DNA of 64,000 nt, taken from assembly GCA_045611705.1 (NCBI GenBank), contig JAZKXR010000006.1, forward strand, positions 48,538 to 112,537, written 5' to 3'. The notes beneath the pieces were generated by a model. The model did no database searches. It was not told the origin of the DNA and saw only the letters and a program-made list of their open reading frames with translations. Origin of the DNA: Alphaproteobacteria bacterium (GTDB taxonomy: Bacteria; Pseudomonadota; Alphaproteobacteria; CAAHEQ01; UBA3637). A program made the translations under genes and the position numbers. Below are positions 29,180 through 38,652 of this stretch, piece by piece (the stretch's first letter is position 1; each line of letters starts with the position of its first letter).

Positions 29180-30120
29180 ATATAAATGAAAATACAAAAT
29201 TTTATGTAGCGTGTCCTGCTTCTTTTCAAACAGGTGGGACTGAAGCTTTACATGTTTTAGCATTTGAATTACGCAAATTAGGTGTAAATGCCATCATGTT
29301 TTACCGTGATGTCATTCCTGATCAAGATGTTGTAGGAGAACGTTTTAAATGTTTTAATATTCCCTATGTGCTGGATATAGAAGATAAATCCGATAACATT
29401 TTGATTGTTCCCGAAATTTGGTTGACCCTATTAAAACAATATAGCCATTTACAAAAAGTATTTTGGTGGTTATCTGTGGATAATTATTTATCCAGAGCAC
29501 AAGGCAGCCTCTTTTCAAAGGAAAAAATGAATTTCAAAGATAACAGCATTTTACACTTGGCACAATCTTATTATGCTTGGCAATTTTTGGAAAAGAAAAA
29601 AGTTAAAAGAAAGGCCTTTTTGGCTGATTATCTGAGAAATGACTTTTTCTCAAAAGAACCAGACTTAACAGATAAAAACAGAGAAAATATCATTTTATAT
29701 AATCCAGCAAAAGGATTTGATATAACACAACAAATCATCAATGCCGCACCAGAATTAAATTTTCTGCCTTTGGAAAAAATGACACCATCTCAGGTACGAG
29801 ATTTATGTTTAAAAAGCAAGATTTATATTGATTTTGGAAATCATCCGGGAAAAGACAGATTTCCACGAGAAGCTGCCGTATTGGGAAATATTGTCATTAC
29901 TGGTAACCGTGGATCTGCGGCATTTAATGAAGACGTTCCTATTTTATCTTGTTATAAAATAAACCAAAATCAGATTGATATCAATCAAGTTGTTCTTTTA
30001 TTAAAGGATTGTTTAAAAGATTATAACGAACGTATTCGTGATTTTTCCTACTATCGCCAATTCATCCGATCAGATAAAGAAAAATTTATTTATGATTTAA
30101 GACAACTGATTAAAAGATAA
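29173..30120 (+). CDS. Putative GT-B glycosyltransferase
   Basis: TGGTEALHVL, WWLSVDN, YNPAKG, YIDFGNHPGKDRFPREAA. Confidence 0.7.
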   Translation: MLNINENTKFYVACPASFQTGGTEALHVLAFELRKLGVNAIMFYRDVIPDQDVVGERFKCFNIPYVLDIEDKSDNILIVPEIWLTLLKQYSHLQKVFWWLSVDNYLSRAQGSLFSKEKMNFKDNSILHLAQSYYAWQFLEKKKVKRKAFLADYLRNDFFSKEPDLTDKNRENIILYNPAKGFDITQQIINAAPELNFLPLEKMTPSQVRDLCLKSKIYIDFGNHPGKDRFPREAAVLGNIVITGNRGSAAFNEDVPILSCYKINQNQIDINQVVLLLKDCLKDYNERIRDFSYYRQFIRSDKEKFIYDLRQLIKR

Positions 30121-30126
30121 AAAACG

Positions 30127-30154
30127 CCCCCGAATAAATCGGGGGATTTTTTTT
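30127..30154. terminator. Bidirectional intrinsic terminator between the glycan operon and the tail-fibre genes
   Basis: CCCCCGA-ATAAA-TCGGGGG flanked by A and T tracts. Confidence 0.7.
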
Positions 30155-30155
30155 C

Positions 30156-30461
30156 TTATTCTTTCGGATACTTGGCTTTGATTTCAGTAATTAATTCTTG
30201 CCATAAATTTGTACCGTTCACTTTATCCCAATATATCATATCCAATTGTTCCGAAATAGGTGGATATGCGGCTTGTCTTTTTTCTGTGTATGTTTTTTCA
30301 GGTTCAGATGGTGCATACCCTAAGACATACCAATCGCCATTATAGGCTTGTTCAACATCCATTAATTCCATGCCAACGGATTGATAGAACATTTTATTGG
30401 TCCCTGTACCAACAGACACTTGTCGGGTTTGTTTATTTATAATTTTTGCAAACTTTTTCAT
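30156..30461 (-). CDS. Phage tail-fibre assembly/chaperone-like protein
   Basis: C-terminal RQAAYPPISEQLDMIYWD...W...IKAKYPK motif typical of phage tail-associated proteins; coupled to the tail-fibre gene. Confidence 0.65.
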   Translation of the reverse strand: MKKFAKIINKQTRQVSVGTGTNKMFYQSVGMELMDVEQAYNGDWYVLGYAPSEPEKTYTEKRQAAYPPISEQLDMIYWDKVNGTNLWQELITEIKAKYPKE

Positions 30462-31438
30462 TAGTTTCCTCCTTTATATGGGATATATTGACACCTATGA
30501 AGCTTGCCATCCAAGGTGTTTTCTGCGGTAATGACATCTCCCGAAGAACACTCAACAAAAATGGTATCGCTAGAATAAGTATTACTAAAATTGGTCATAC
30601 AAACAGGGATTCCATTGATGAAAATGGAGGCTATTTTGTTTGCCCCTGATTTATCCACATACAGTATATAATATCCATCATAAGAACACTCATAAGGTAA
30701 TGTGATTGTGCCCAATGTTATTGCCGAATTATAATCGGGTATGCCACACATTATAATTTTACTTCTTCCCTCATCCGTTAAATTGTTCATATCTATATTG
30801 GCTTTGCTGGCAAGGGTAGAAACAGCTTCTTGTGCTTTTTGCGTGGCGATGTCTGCTTTATTTGAGGAAATGGATGCTTTTTGGCTGGCAATGGTGGCAG
30901 ATGTTTCAGCGGATTCTTTATAGCCTTTTAAAACACTTTCCAATTCATTTACTTTAATGGCCGAGTTTTCCAAATTTGTGCCATCCGAATTCCACACAAT
31001 CGCTTTTCCTGCACTCGGGGTCGGCAAAGTCAAATCAACATCTGTATCCACAGCATATGGCGGTAATACCATAGACCTGTTTAAGCTATCCGCTATTTGT
31101 TGTTGGCAAGCCATTTGATAATCCAATTCATTATTTAAAACTTTGGCCCGTAAAGCACCACCTTCTTGAAAAGTAGTTGTGCGTTTAATGGCTAGATTTC
31201 GAACAATGGTAATAATTGTTCCCGAAGTGGGTGCTGTTTCAAAAGATACTTCCCCGCCTTCTGCATTTTTGCCGATTACAACCGTATAGGTGTCAGAATC
31301 CTGCACTTTATCATTAAAATAAACATTGATATCCGATGGATTAAAAATGACAAACGGAAATTCATAAGCGATTAGTTTTCCGTCCGCCACATATTGTATT
31401 CGTGGACTGGTGCCCTGTATTTTAATATGGTTAGACAT
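30461..31438 (-). CDS. Phage tail fibre protein (T7-like N-terminal attachment domain)
   Basis: YVADG...FPFVIF..SDINV, GGEVSFETAP, LRAKVLNNELD, LPTPSAGKAIVWNSDG, Ala-rich coil, KANIDMNNL, PDY tip. Confidence 0.75.
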   Translation of the reverse strand: MSNHIKIQGTSPRIQYVADGKLIAYEFPFVIFNPSDINVYFNDKVQDSDTYTVVIGKNAEGGEVSFETAPTSGTIITIVRNLAIKRTTTFQEGGALRAKVLNNELDYQMACQQQIADSLNRSMVLPPYAVDTDVDLTLPTPSAGKAIVWNSDGTNLENSAIKVNELESVLKGYKESAETSATIASQKASISSNKADIATQKAQEAVSTLASKANIDMNNLTDEGRSKIIMCGIPDYNSAITLGTITLPYECSYDGYYILYVDKSGANKIASIFINGIPVCMTNFSNTYSSDTIFVECSSGDVITAENTLDGKLHRCQYIPYKGGN

Positions 31439-31469
31439 TTCTTTTTCTCCATTTTATTATAATAAAAAA

Positions 31470-31620
31470 CGCCCGAAAAACAAAGACTCCGCCATAGGGC
31501 AGAGCCTTTGAAATATCAGGAGTTACAAATTGTCATCATATAAAGATTAACAAAAAAACACCGGATACACCGGTGCCTGCTAATCAACCAAATAATAACA
31601 CAAATCACATCAAAAGTCAA
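31470..31620 (-). promoter_or_regulatory. Promoter plus leader with two terminator-like hairpins upstream of the tail-fibre gene
   Basis: Minus strand TTGACT-17-TATTAT with extended TG (31620-31592); then CACCGG-TGTAT-CCGGTG-T7; then CAAAGGCTCTGCC-CTAT-GGCGGAGTCTTTG-T5. Confidence 0.6.
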
Positions 31621-31773
31621 GGAAAATTTTCCTATTTTTAAATGATATATTAAAAATATGTTTATTCATGATAATTGTTTTGCTTGTTTTTTTTGATAAT
31701 CCATTAAATTAAAGCAAAAAATAACATAATAAAACGGCCCCGAAAAATCGGGGCTTTATTTCATTGATAGGTT

Positions 31774-32328
31774 TTATTTTGCAGGGCTGACAACCAAACT
31801 CATATTACGGCCTTCCAACTTGGGCTGACCTTCTGTTTTGGCAATATCGGCTACATCTTGGGCGGCACGATTTAATACTTCTGCCCCCAAATCCTGATAG
31901 GACATTTCACGCCCACGGAAACGAATGGTGAATTTAACCTTATTTCCTTCGGCCAAAAACTTTTTCGCGTTACGCATTTTAAAGCCATAATCATTTTCGC
32001 CAATGTTCGGGGTAAATTTAATTTCTTTTGTTTCCTGAACTTTTTGTTTTTTCTTGGCTTCACTTTTACGTTTTTGCAACTCATACTTATATTTGCCGGC
32101 ATCAATAATTTTACAAACAGGCACATTGCCGTTGGCGGCAATTTCAACCAAATCTAAACCGGCACTTTCGGCACGACGCATAGCCTCGCGAATAACGACA
32201 ACCCCTATATTCTGGCCATTTTCATCAATTAAACGGACCTGAGTGGCTGTGATTTTGTGATTGATACGTGGTTCATCGGATTTTCCCGTATTGACCGAAC
32301 GGGGAGCGGGATTAAACGTATTAGCGAT
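31774..32328 (-). CDS. infC: Translation initiation factor IF-3 (non-canonical ATC start)
   Basis: Extending the frame upstream gives IANTFNPAPR...PRINHKITATQVRLIDENG, joined to GLDLVEI...KEIKF...RFRGRE. GGAGG lies 9 nt before ATC at 32328. Confidence 0.93.
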   Translation of the reverse strand: MANTFNPAPRSVNTGKSDEPRINHKITATQVRLIDENGQNIGVVVIREAMRRAESAGLDLVEIAANGNVPVCKIIDAGKYKYELQKRKSEAKKKQKVQETKEIKFTPNIGENDYGFKMRNAKKFLAEGNKVKFTIRFRGREMSYQDLGAEVLNRAAQDVADIAKTEGQPKLEGRNMSLVVSPAK

Positions 32329-32418
32329 AGCTTGGTTCCTCCAAAAAAAATTAATAACAGGTCTATTTTAATCTTTTTTTTAAAGACTTTCAAGTTTTTT
32401 TTTGCTATAATGCATTTT

Positions 32419-34056
32419 ATGAAGCTGTTGAGGAAGATTTTTTTAATTTTTTGTGTCATTTTTTGGGGGATAACCGCTTTTGCACAAACATTTCCCGAAA
32501 AAGGTATCGGCCAATGGGAAAAATTGCCCTTTGCCGACGTTCGTTTAATGTCATGCACAACAGGTTTCAAAAACAGAAGCATTATCGTTGGTGGTCTGCA
32601 AATTAAAATGAATGAAGGTTGGGTTTTGGCTCGTCCAACTTTGGATACACTTTCCGATAAAGGCGTTATCAATTATCCCATTCGCCCCAACAGTGTTCAA
32701 ACACAAAATTATACAGGAACTTTTTTAATCCCCATTGTTTACCCATATACGCCAAATCAAAAAGATTTTTCTTTTGGTGTTGTTGGAAATTTAAAAGCCT
32801 GTCAAAAAGAAAATTGTTCGGATAGTCCGATTTTTATGAAATTACCATTAGATGAAAACGAAAGTAAATATACGTCTTATTGTGCCTATATCATGGATGA
32901 ATTGAAAAACACACCCATTCCTGCGTTTGATATGGGCAAAGGACAATGGCTGGATAACAATCACGCATGGATAAGCTTTAAAGCTCCCCGTGTTAACCAG
33001 GCATTTTTGCAAAATGAATCAGGTTTGGATTTTCGAATTTTAAAAACAATTTTTTTAAAAAACGAAGTCCGATTTAAAGTTACATATCCGCAACAATGGG
33101 ATGAAAAAACAATGAAAGACTGGATCTTGATTACAAATCAGGGAATCTTTCGTGTGCCAATTGTTTTAACACAAAATCCTTTACCAAAACCGGGAAAGGA
33201 TAAACCTTGGGGAATGTTTATTTTTGGTGGTATTTTATTGTTTATCTGTTCACCTTTTTTTATTTTATTCGGAACATCCTTTTTGAAAAACAAAAAACAA
33301 TTGCGTCAACAATGTGTACACGCCATTATTGCCACAACCGCTTTAATCACACTCTTTTGTTTAATATATCGATATTTTTCAAATATTTATGAAACGGATA
33401 TTTTATTACATTTGGCGTGGCTTATAATGGGAATTACATTGATTTTCACCCCCCGTTTTGTATGGTGGACAGCATTATTGTTTATTGTTTGGCCTAAACC
33501 GATTTTAAAACAAATGAGCGAAACCTTTTCGTTGTACTATCTGATCCCATGGTTAATCATGTGGAATATTTTACCATTCGGTTTGCTTTATAAATATGCT
33601 GATTTTTGGGGTAAAAAAGGTCGTTTTAGTTTAAAGAATGACTTCTTTTTACACAACTTTTTCTTTTTATTGCCGACAATTTTTTTAATGATTGGCAGTA
33701 TTTATAATTACGTTATTGAAATACCTTATGAAAACTTATCAGTTATTGACAAAACGCGAATCAATGTTGTTTGTGAAAAAAAAGATTGCCAAGAATGGAA
33801 AGCCTATCAACCAAGCATATGTTTTATTGACCCAAAGGCTGATTTTGGAAAAACTTTAAAAGATAAATATATCCACAAAAAAAATATCGTTATCTTTAAT
33901 GATAACCAAAATGAAATCGTTTTAACGGATATAACACCTAAAAAATTGGAAAAATATCTTACCGGTTTGCAAAATTATCACGCTCAGTACAGGCCAGTTG
34001 ATCCACCAATTCATTCTGGGGATGACCGGCATGACCTTTCACCCAATGCCAAGTAA
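32419..34056 (+). CDS. DsbD/ScsB-like membrane protein (divergent)
   Basis: Signal peptide, [10 protein letters not shown] and ACQKENC like the DsbD N-terminal domain, then a TM block and a C-terminal soluble domain. Confidence 0.5.
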   Translation: MKLLRKIFLIFCVIFWGITAFAQTFPEKGIGQWEKLPFADVRLMSCTTGFKNRSIIVGGLQIKMNEGWVLARPTLDTLSDKGVINYPIRPNSVQTQNYTGTFLIPIVYPYTPNQKDFSFGVVGNLKACQKENCSDSPIFMKLPLDENESKYTSYCAYIMDELKNTPIPAFDMGKGQWLDNNHAWISFKAPRVNQAFLQNESGLDFRILKTIFLKNEVRFKVTYPQQWDEKTMKDWILITNQGIFRVPIVLTQNPLPKPGKDKPWGMFIFGGILLFICSPFFILFGTSFLKNKKQLRQQCVHAIIATTALITLFCLIYRYFSNIYETDILLHLAWLIMGITLIFTPRFVWWTALLFIVWPKPILKQMSETFSLYYLIPWLIMWNILPFGLLYKYADFWGKKGRFSLKNDFFLHNFFFLLPTIFLMIGSIYNYVIEIPYENLSVIDKTRINVVCEKKDCQEWKAYQPSICFIDPKADFGKTLKDKYIHKKNIVIFNDNQNEIVLTDITPKKLEKYLTGLQNYHAQYRPVDPPIHSGDDRHDLSPNAK

Positions 34057-34411
34057 TAGTGTGCTTTTGTAAAAGCGGTAAAAGTTTTTGCCAATACTCC
34101 ACATTTAAAACAGGCTTTTTATCGGCTTTTTTCCACCCCTTTTGAATCCAACCATCCAACCAACGAGTGGCACCTTCCAACACATATTTGCTGTCGGTAT
34201 ATAAATCCACCAGACACGATTCTTTTAATAAAGAAAGACCTTCAATAACGGCGGTCAATTCCATTTGATTATTAGTGGTTTGTTCGGCTCCGCCGGATAA
34301 TGTTTTTTGTTTGTCTTTATAAATCAACAAACATCCCCAACCGCCGGGGCCCGGGTTTCCCGAACAGGCCCCATCGGTATAAAGGGTGATATGTTTTTTG
34401 GGATTATTCAT
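33959..34411 (-). CDS. rnhA: Ribonuclease HI
   Basis: [39 protein letters not shown]. Confidence 0.96.
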   Translation of the reverse strand: MNNPKKHITLYTDGACSGNPGPGGWGCLLIYKDKQKTLSGGAEQTTNNQMELTAVIEGLSLLKESCLVDLYTDSKYVLEGATRWLDGWIQKGWKKADKKPVLNVEYWQKLLPLLQKHTITWHWVKGHAGHPQNELVDQLACTERDNFANR

Positions 34412-34859
34412 CCTTATCGTTATCCAAAATAATACGATATAAATCTTTGGGTAAATCGGCCTGACGCAATTTTTCGGTGGCCTTTTCACTGCGTAACAAG
34501 CGGGATAAAGAAGCCAAAGCTTTTAAATGATCGGCACCGGCGTTTTCAGGAACCAACAACAAAAACAACAAATCAACGGGCTTTTTATCCACAGATTCAA
34601 AGTCGGTCGGTTTGGTTTTCATAAAGGCACAAAAGATTTTCTTTAATCCTTCCAAACGTGTATGCGGTAAGGCCACGCCACGACCGATACCTGTTGTTCC
34701 CAAACGTTCCCTTTCCACCAAGGCATTCAGGATAACCATCCCATCCAAGCCGGTTTTTTCGCTGGCCAAATGGGACAGTTTTTCCAATAATTGTTTTTTG
34801 GTCAAAGATGATTTTTCAATCAACAGACAATCTGAACTTAAAATGTCTTTTATTTTCAT
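34404..34859 (-). CDS. ptsN: PTS IIA-like nitrogen regulatory protein
   Basis: [32 protein letters not shown]. Confidence 0.93.
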   Translation of the reverse strand: MKIKDILSSDCLLIEKSSLTKKQLLEKLSHLASEKTGLDGMVILNALVERERLGTTGIGRGVALPHTRLEGLKKIFCAFMKTKPTDFESVDKKPVDLLFLLLVPENAGADHLKALASLSRLLRSEKATEKLRQADLPKDLYRIILDNDKDE

Positions 34860-34867
34860 GAAAAACC

Positions 34868-35422
34868 TTATTTATTGTATTTCGGATCAACCCAGCCGAT
34901 ATTACCGTCATTACGGCGATAAACCATACTCAATTCACCGTGGGCTGCATTGCGGAACAAAAAGGCCGGCAATCCCGCCAAATCCATATGCATCACAGCA
35001 TCACTGACCGTACATGTGGGCATTTCGGCCTGCATTTCGGCAATAATCACAGGGGCATCACCCATGGGTTCTTCGGCATCCACTGGGGCATCAATAACTG
35101 AAACAGCCACTTGTTGCACAGGATCAGCCTGACGGTTGACCATTTTGTTTTTGTATTTTTTCAATTGAACGGCCATTTTGCGAATGGCTTCATCCAAAGC
35201 ACCATAGGCATCATTGGCTGAGGCTGTGGCCGAAACAGTTAAACCTGCCACGGGGCGTGTTGTAATTTCCGTTAAAAATGTTTTACCTTCATGGGACACA
35301 TGAACGGTGGCGTCTGTGGCGTTGGCAAAGTATTTTTGCACCACTTCCGAAATGGCCTTATCGGCATATTCACGCCAGCTGGCCCCTAAATCAATTTGAT
35401 GACCTGTTAAAGTAATTTGCAT
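34868..35422 (-). CDS. hpf: Ribosome hibernation promoting factor (long HPF)
   Basis: MQITLTGHQIDLG, QLKKYK, C-terminal VYRRNDGNIGW. Confidence 0.9.
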   Translation of the reverse strand: MQITLTGHQIDLGASWREYADKAISEVVQKYFANATDATVHVSHEGKTFLTEITTRPVAGLTVSATASANDAYGALDEAIRKMAVQLKKYKNKMVNRQADPVQQVAVSVIDAPVDAEEPMGDAPVIIAEMQAEMPTCTVSDAVMHMDLAGLPAFLFRNAAHGELSMVYRRNDGNIGWVDPKYNK

Positions 35423-35493
35423 TTTTTCCTCTCTTTCGTTATAATAGGTTTCAAGATAAGTAAACCATAGCTTTTTTTTTCGGAATTGTCAAG

Positions 35494-36546
35494 ATGTCTT
35501 GTTATTCTCTTTATATTCATTGGCCATATTGTTTGTCAAAATGCCCCTATTGTGATTTTGCCAGCACAAAAATTCACGGTGATGTCAATCGTTTGAAGGC
35601 GGGATATCAACGTGATATCAATCAAGCACCCGCCGGAAAATTAAAAACAATTTATTTTGGCGGTGGCACCCCCAGTTTGATGCCATTGGATTTTTTGGAA
35701 TTCTTATTCAATGAAATTCACAAAAAATGGACTTTAACAAATGATTGTGAAATTACATTAGAGGTCAATCCGGATGCCGTTGATTCAAAAAAAATGAACG
35801 CCTTTTATCAAATGGGCGTCAATCGGTTATCTGTCGGGGTTCAATCTTTAAATAATCAACATTTAAAATTTTTGGGTCGCACGCATGATGTGCAAACGGC
35901 ATTAAATTGTATTCGTCAGGCACGAGATATTTTCCCCCGAATCAATATGGATTTGATGTATGGATTACCCCAACAAAGCAAAAAAGATTGGGAAAACGAA
36001 TTAAATCAGGCTTTATCTTTAAATCTGACACATTATTCTTTATATCAACTAACTATTGAAGAAGGAACTGTTTTTTACAAAAAACAACAACAAACCTGTT
36101 CAGAACTGCATGCACGACAATTGTATAAACTGACCGATGAAATAATGAATAATGCCGATATTCCCGCCTATGAAGTTTCTAACTATGCCAAAAAAGGTTT
36201 TGAAAGTCGCCATAATACGACCTATTGGACAGGCGGTGATTATATCGGTATCGGGCCGGCGGCGGCAGGTCGTATCAAGGGATACGCCACGCAAAACGAC
36301 CGTTCGGTTGGTGGATGGCTAAATGGCAAAAACATATCAGAAAAGCTGACAGATGAACAAATCCAAATGGAACGATTGTTGATGGGGTTACGTTTGCGTC
36401 AGCAATTTTATCCCACCCAAAATCTGAATCCTGAAAGCGTTAGAACAGCCCTTCAAAAAGGCTGGATTATTCAAACACCTCAGGGGATACAGGCGACATT
36501 AAAGGGGATTCTGATGTTAAATCGGCTGATTGCATTGTTGGTGTAA
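35494..36546 (+). CDS. hemW: Radical SAM heme chaperone HemW
   Basis: LYIHWPYCLSKCPYCDF, YFGGGTPS, YEVSNYA, HNTTYW. Confidence 0.9.
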   Translation: MSCYSLYIHWPYCLSKCPYCDFASTKIHGDVNRLKAGYQRDINQAPAGKLKTIYFGGGTPSLMPLDFLEFLFNEIHKKWTLTNDCEITLEVNPDAVDSKKMNAFYQMGVNRLSVGVQSLNNQHLKFLGRTHDVQTALNCIRQARDIFPRINMDLMYGLPQQSKKDWENELNQALSLNLTHYSLYQLTIEEGTVFYKKQQQTCSELHARQLYKLTDEIMNNADIPAYEVSNYAKKGFESRHNTTYWTGGDYIGIGPAAAGRIKGYATQNDRSVGGWLNGKNISEKLTDEQIQMERLLMGLRLRQQFYPTQNLNPESVRTALQKGWIIQTPQGIQATLKGILMLNRLIALLV

Positions 36547-37753
36547 TCCAAAAATCCAAAGATTGTGTTAAATCTTCAAATTCGGTTGGTGCCGGCTTTA
36601 TTTCAATAGCTGTTCTGTTTTTCTTTTGCACCAAACGCATAGCACGATTGTTGGTGCCGTCTTGATTCAAACGAAGCAAACCATCCGAACCGTAAAAGGA
36701 ATCCGACAGTTGTAAATCGGTCAAATGCACCACACCCACATTGGCCTTTTGGGCAATCCAATCCACCGAATCATAAGATAAACTAGCCAATTGTGGCGGA
36801 CGAGAACCGAAAATTTGTTGATATCTGCGATCAAAACCATTGGCTGTTTGTGCGGGTAAATCCATAAAATAAACACCGTTTAACATTTTATCCTTTAATG
36901 TTTTTACGCTGGCCAAAGTGTACATCGGAATAATATCCGGTGTAACATCATAAAATGCCAAAATGGCCATCAATTGACTTAAACGAATGCCTTCTTCAAA
37001 AACAAACAGGTTATCAAATTCAACACGTTCTTGTATTGGGGTGTCCAAAATTTCCTGTTCTTCGGGCGTTAAATCTTTCTTTTTGGGATCAATAATCGGC
37101 GGTAAAATTTTCAAAACGGCCGGTGTCATATTTTCATCTTTTTCACCATAAAGGGCAAATTTTTGCAAGCTCATTCCCGGGCATTTTTGAACGGCTTTAT
37201 CCAAAGTATTCATCACAATTTCGCCCACCTTACTTTCGGGACCGATTGCCCCCAATCGCAACTGACCGTTTTCACAGGCATAACGCACCATTTGTTCCAC
37301 CTGATCCGAAATCAAAACAGCCATAGAGGCTTTTTTTTCGCCCAATACCGTACTGTCGGATGTATAGCTTAAAATACCGTTTTCAGAATCGGACAAAGCG
37401 GAAACTTCCGATGAAAAGATGGGGCCCAGAACAATATCCGTATTTTGTGCCTTTGCCCAACGATGGGCTTCCTTTGCCCCTTCGGGTGTTCCCTGTGTGT
37501 CAAAGAATAATAATTTTACAGGGCTTTTTTCATTTTCACGCAAGGCCATCAAAGCGGCGTTTTGCATACTCAAACCCATTTGTTGATGCTTTCCGCTGAG
37601 CGGCAACAACATAGAAACGGTTGTCATAGCCGGTGCCGTTTGGGTTAAACTTTTAATACCAAAAGAATCATCATTGTGAAAAAAAGAGCCGAATTTTGGG
37701 GCATTTGCACAGGCCGAACACATCATTGCCAATAAAACCCATAATTTTTTCAT
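36467..37753 (-). CDS. Penicillin-binding protein activator LpoA/LppC-like lipoprotein
   Basis: Lipobox CSAC, LLPLSG, LGPIFS; divergent from rsmI. ATG 37753 has an RBS. Confidence 0.8.
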   Translation of the reverse strand: MKKLWVLLAMMCSACANAPKFGSFFHNDDSFGIKSLTQTAPAMTTVSMLLPLSGKHQQMGLSMQNAALMALRENEKSPVKLLFFDTQGTPEGAKEAHRWAKAQNTDIVLGPIFSSEVSALSDSENGILSYTSDSTVLGEKKASMAVLISDQVEQMVRYACENGQLRLGAIGPESKVGEIVMNTLDKAVQKCPGMSLQKFALYGEKDENMTPAVLKILPPIIDPKKKDLTPEEQEILDTPIQERVEFDNLFVFEEGIRLSQLMAILAFYDVTPDIIPMYTLASVKTLKDKMLNGVYFMDLPAQTANGFDRRYQQIFGSRPPQLASLSYDSVDWIAQKANVGVVHLTDLQLSDSFYGSDGLLRLNQDGTNNRAMRLVQKKNRTAIEIKPAPTEFEDLTQSLDFWITPTMQSADLTSESPLMSPVSPEVFE

Positions 37754-37833
37754 GAAAACTCCTTTTGTTTTGTTTGTAATTATGCTATACCAAATATGAT
37801 TTTTTTTCAAGTTCTTTTTAAAAAGGAGAAAAT

Positions 37834-38652
37834 ATGTTATATCTTGTGGCCACACCGATCGGAAATTTAGGCGATTTTTCCCCACGGGCACGTCAGGTAT
37901 TGGAAGGGGCGGACATTGTTGCCTGTGAAGATACACGTACCAGCCGTCAGCTGTTTTCATTATTGGGGATTCAGGTTAAAAAGACCATTGCTTATCATGA
38001 TTTTAATGAAGAAAAAGCTGTTCCAAAAATCATTGAGCAATTAAAAGCGGGTGTTGAAATGGCTTTGGTATCCGATGCGGGTATGCCGTTGATTTCGGAT
38101 CCGGGGTATAAATTGATTCGTGCCTGTCGTGAACAAGGTATTGAGGTGACCAGCGTCCCCGGTGCCAACGCTGTTTTGACGGCTTTACAATTATCGGGCT
38201 TACCGACAGACAGTTTTTATTTTGGCGGTTTTTTATCCCCCAAAACCAGCCAACGTGAAAAATCTTTATTGGCTGTGGCTGATTTACCCTGTACTTTGAT
38301 TTTTTATGAAACAGCCAAACGTTTGACGGAAAGCTTAAAGGCAATTGAAAAAACTTTAGGTAATCGTCAGGTGGCCGTTGTTCGGGAATTGACCAAAAAG
38401 TTTGAGCAGGTTCAAACGGATGATGTTTCAAATCTGATTGATTATTATAATGAAAACGGCACCCCAAAAGGTGAAATTGTCTTGGTTATTCAAGGGGGAA
38501 AAGAATCGGAACAACCCACACAAAACAGCGTTTCAATCCAACAATTGCGTTCATTTTTATCGGCAAAAGATACGGCCCATGTTTTATCCTTAATCCAAAA
38601 TATCAGCAAAAAGGAAGCTTATGCCCAAGTTTTGGCACACGACAAACTATAA
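37834..38652 (+). CDS. rsmI: 16S rRNA (cytidine1402-2'-O)-methyltransferase
   Basis: LYLVATPIGNLGD, ACEDTR, VSDAGMPLISDPG, RELTKKFE. Confidence 0.96.
   Translation: MLYLVATPIGNLGDFSPRARQVLEGADIVACEDTRTSRQLFSLLGIQVKKTIAYHDFNEEKAVPKIIEQLKAGVEMALVSDAGMPLISDPGYKLIRACREQGIEVTSVPGANAVLTALQLSGLPTDSFYFGGFLSPKTSQREKSLLAVADLPCTLIFYETAKRLTESLKAIEKTLGNRQVAVVRELTKKFEQVQTDDVSNLIDYYNENGTPKGEIVLVIQGGKESEQPTQNSVSIQQLRSFLSAKDTAHVLSLIQNISKKEAYAQVLAHDKL

Noticed and set aside
34404-35422. hpf-ptsN without rpoN as a novel arrangement
   Set aside because: Loss or relocation of rpoN is common in reduced genomes and cannot be judged from one window.
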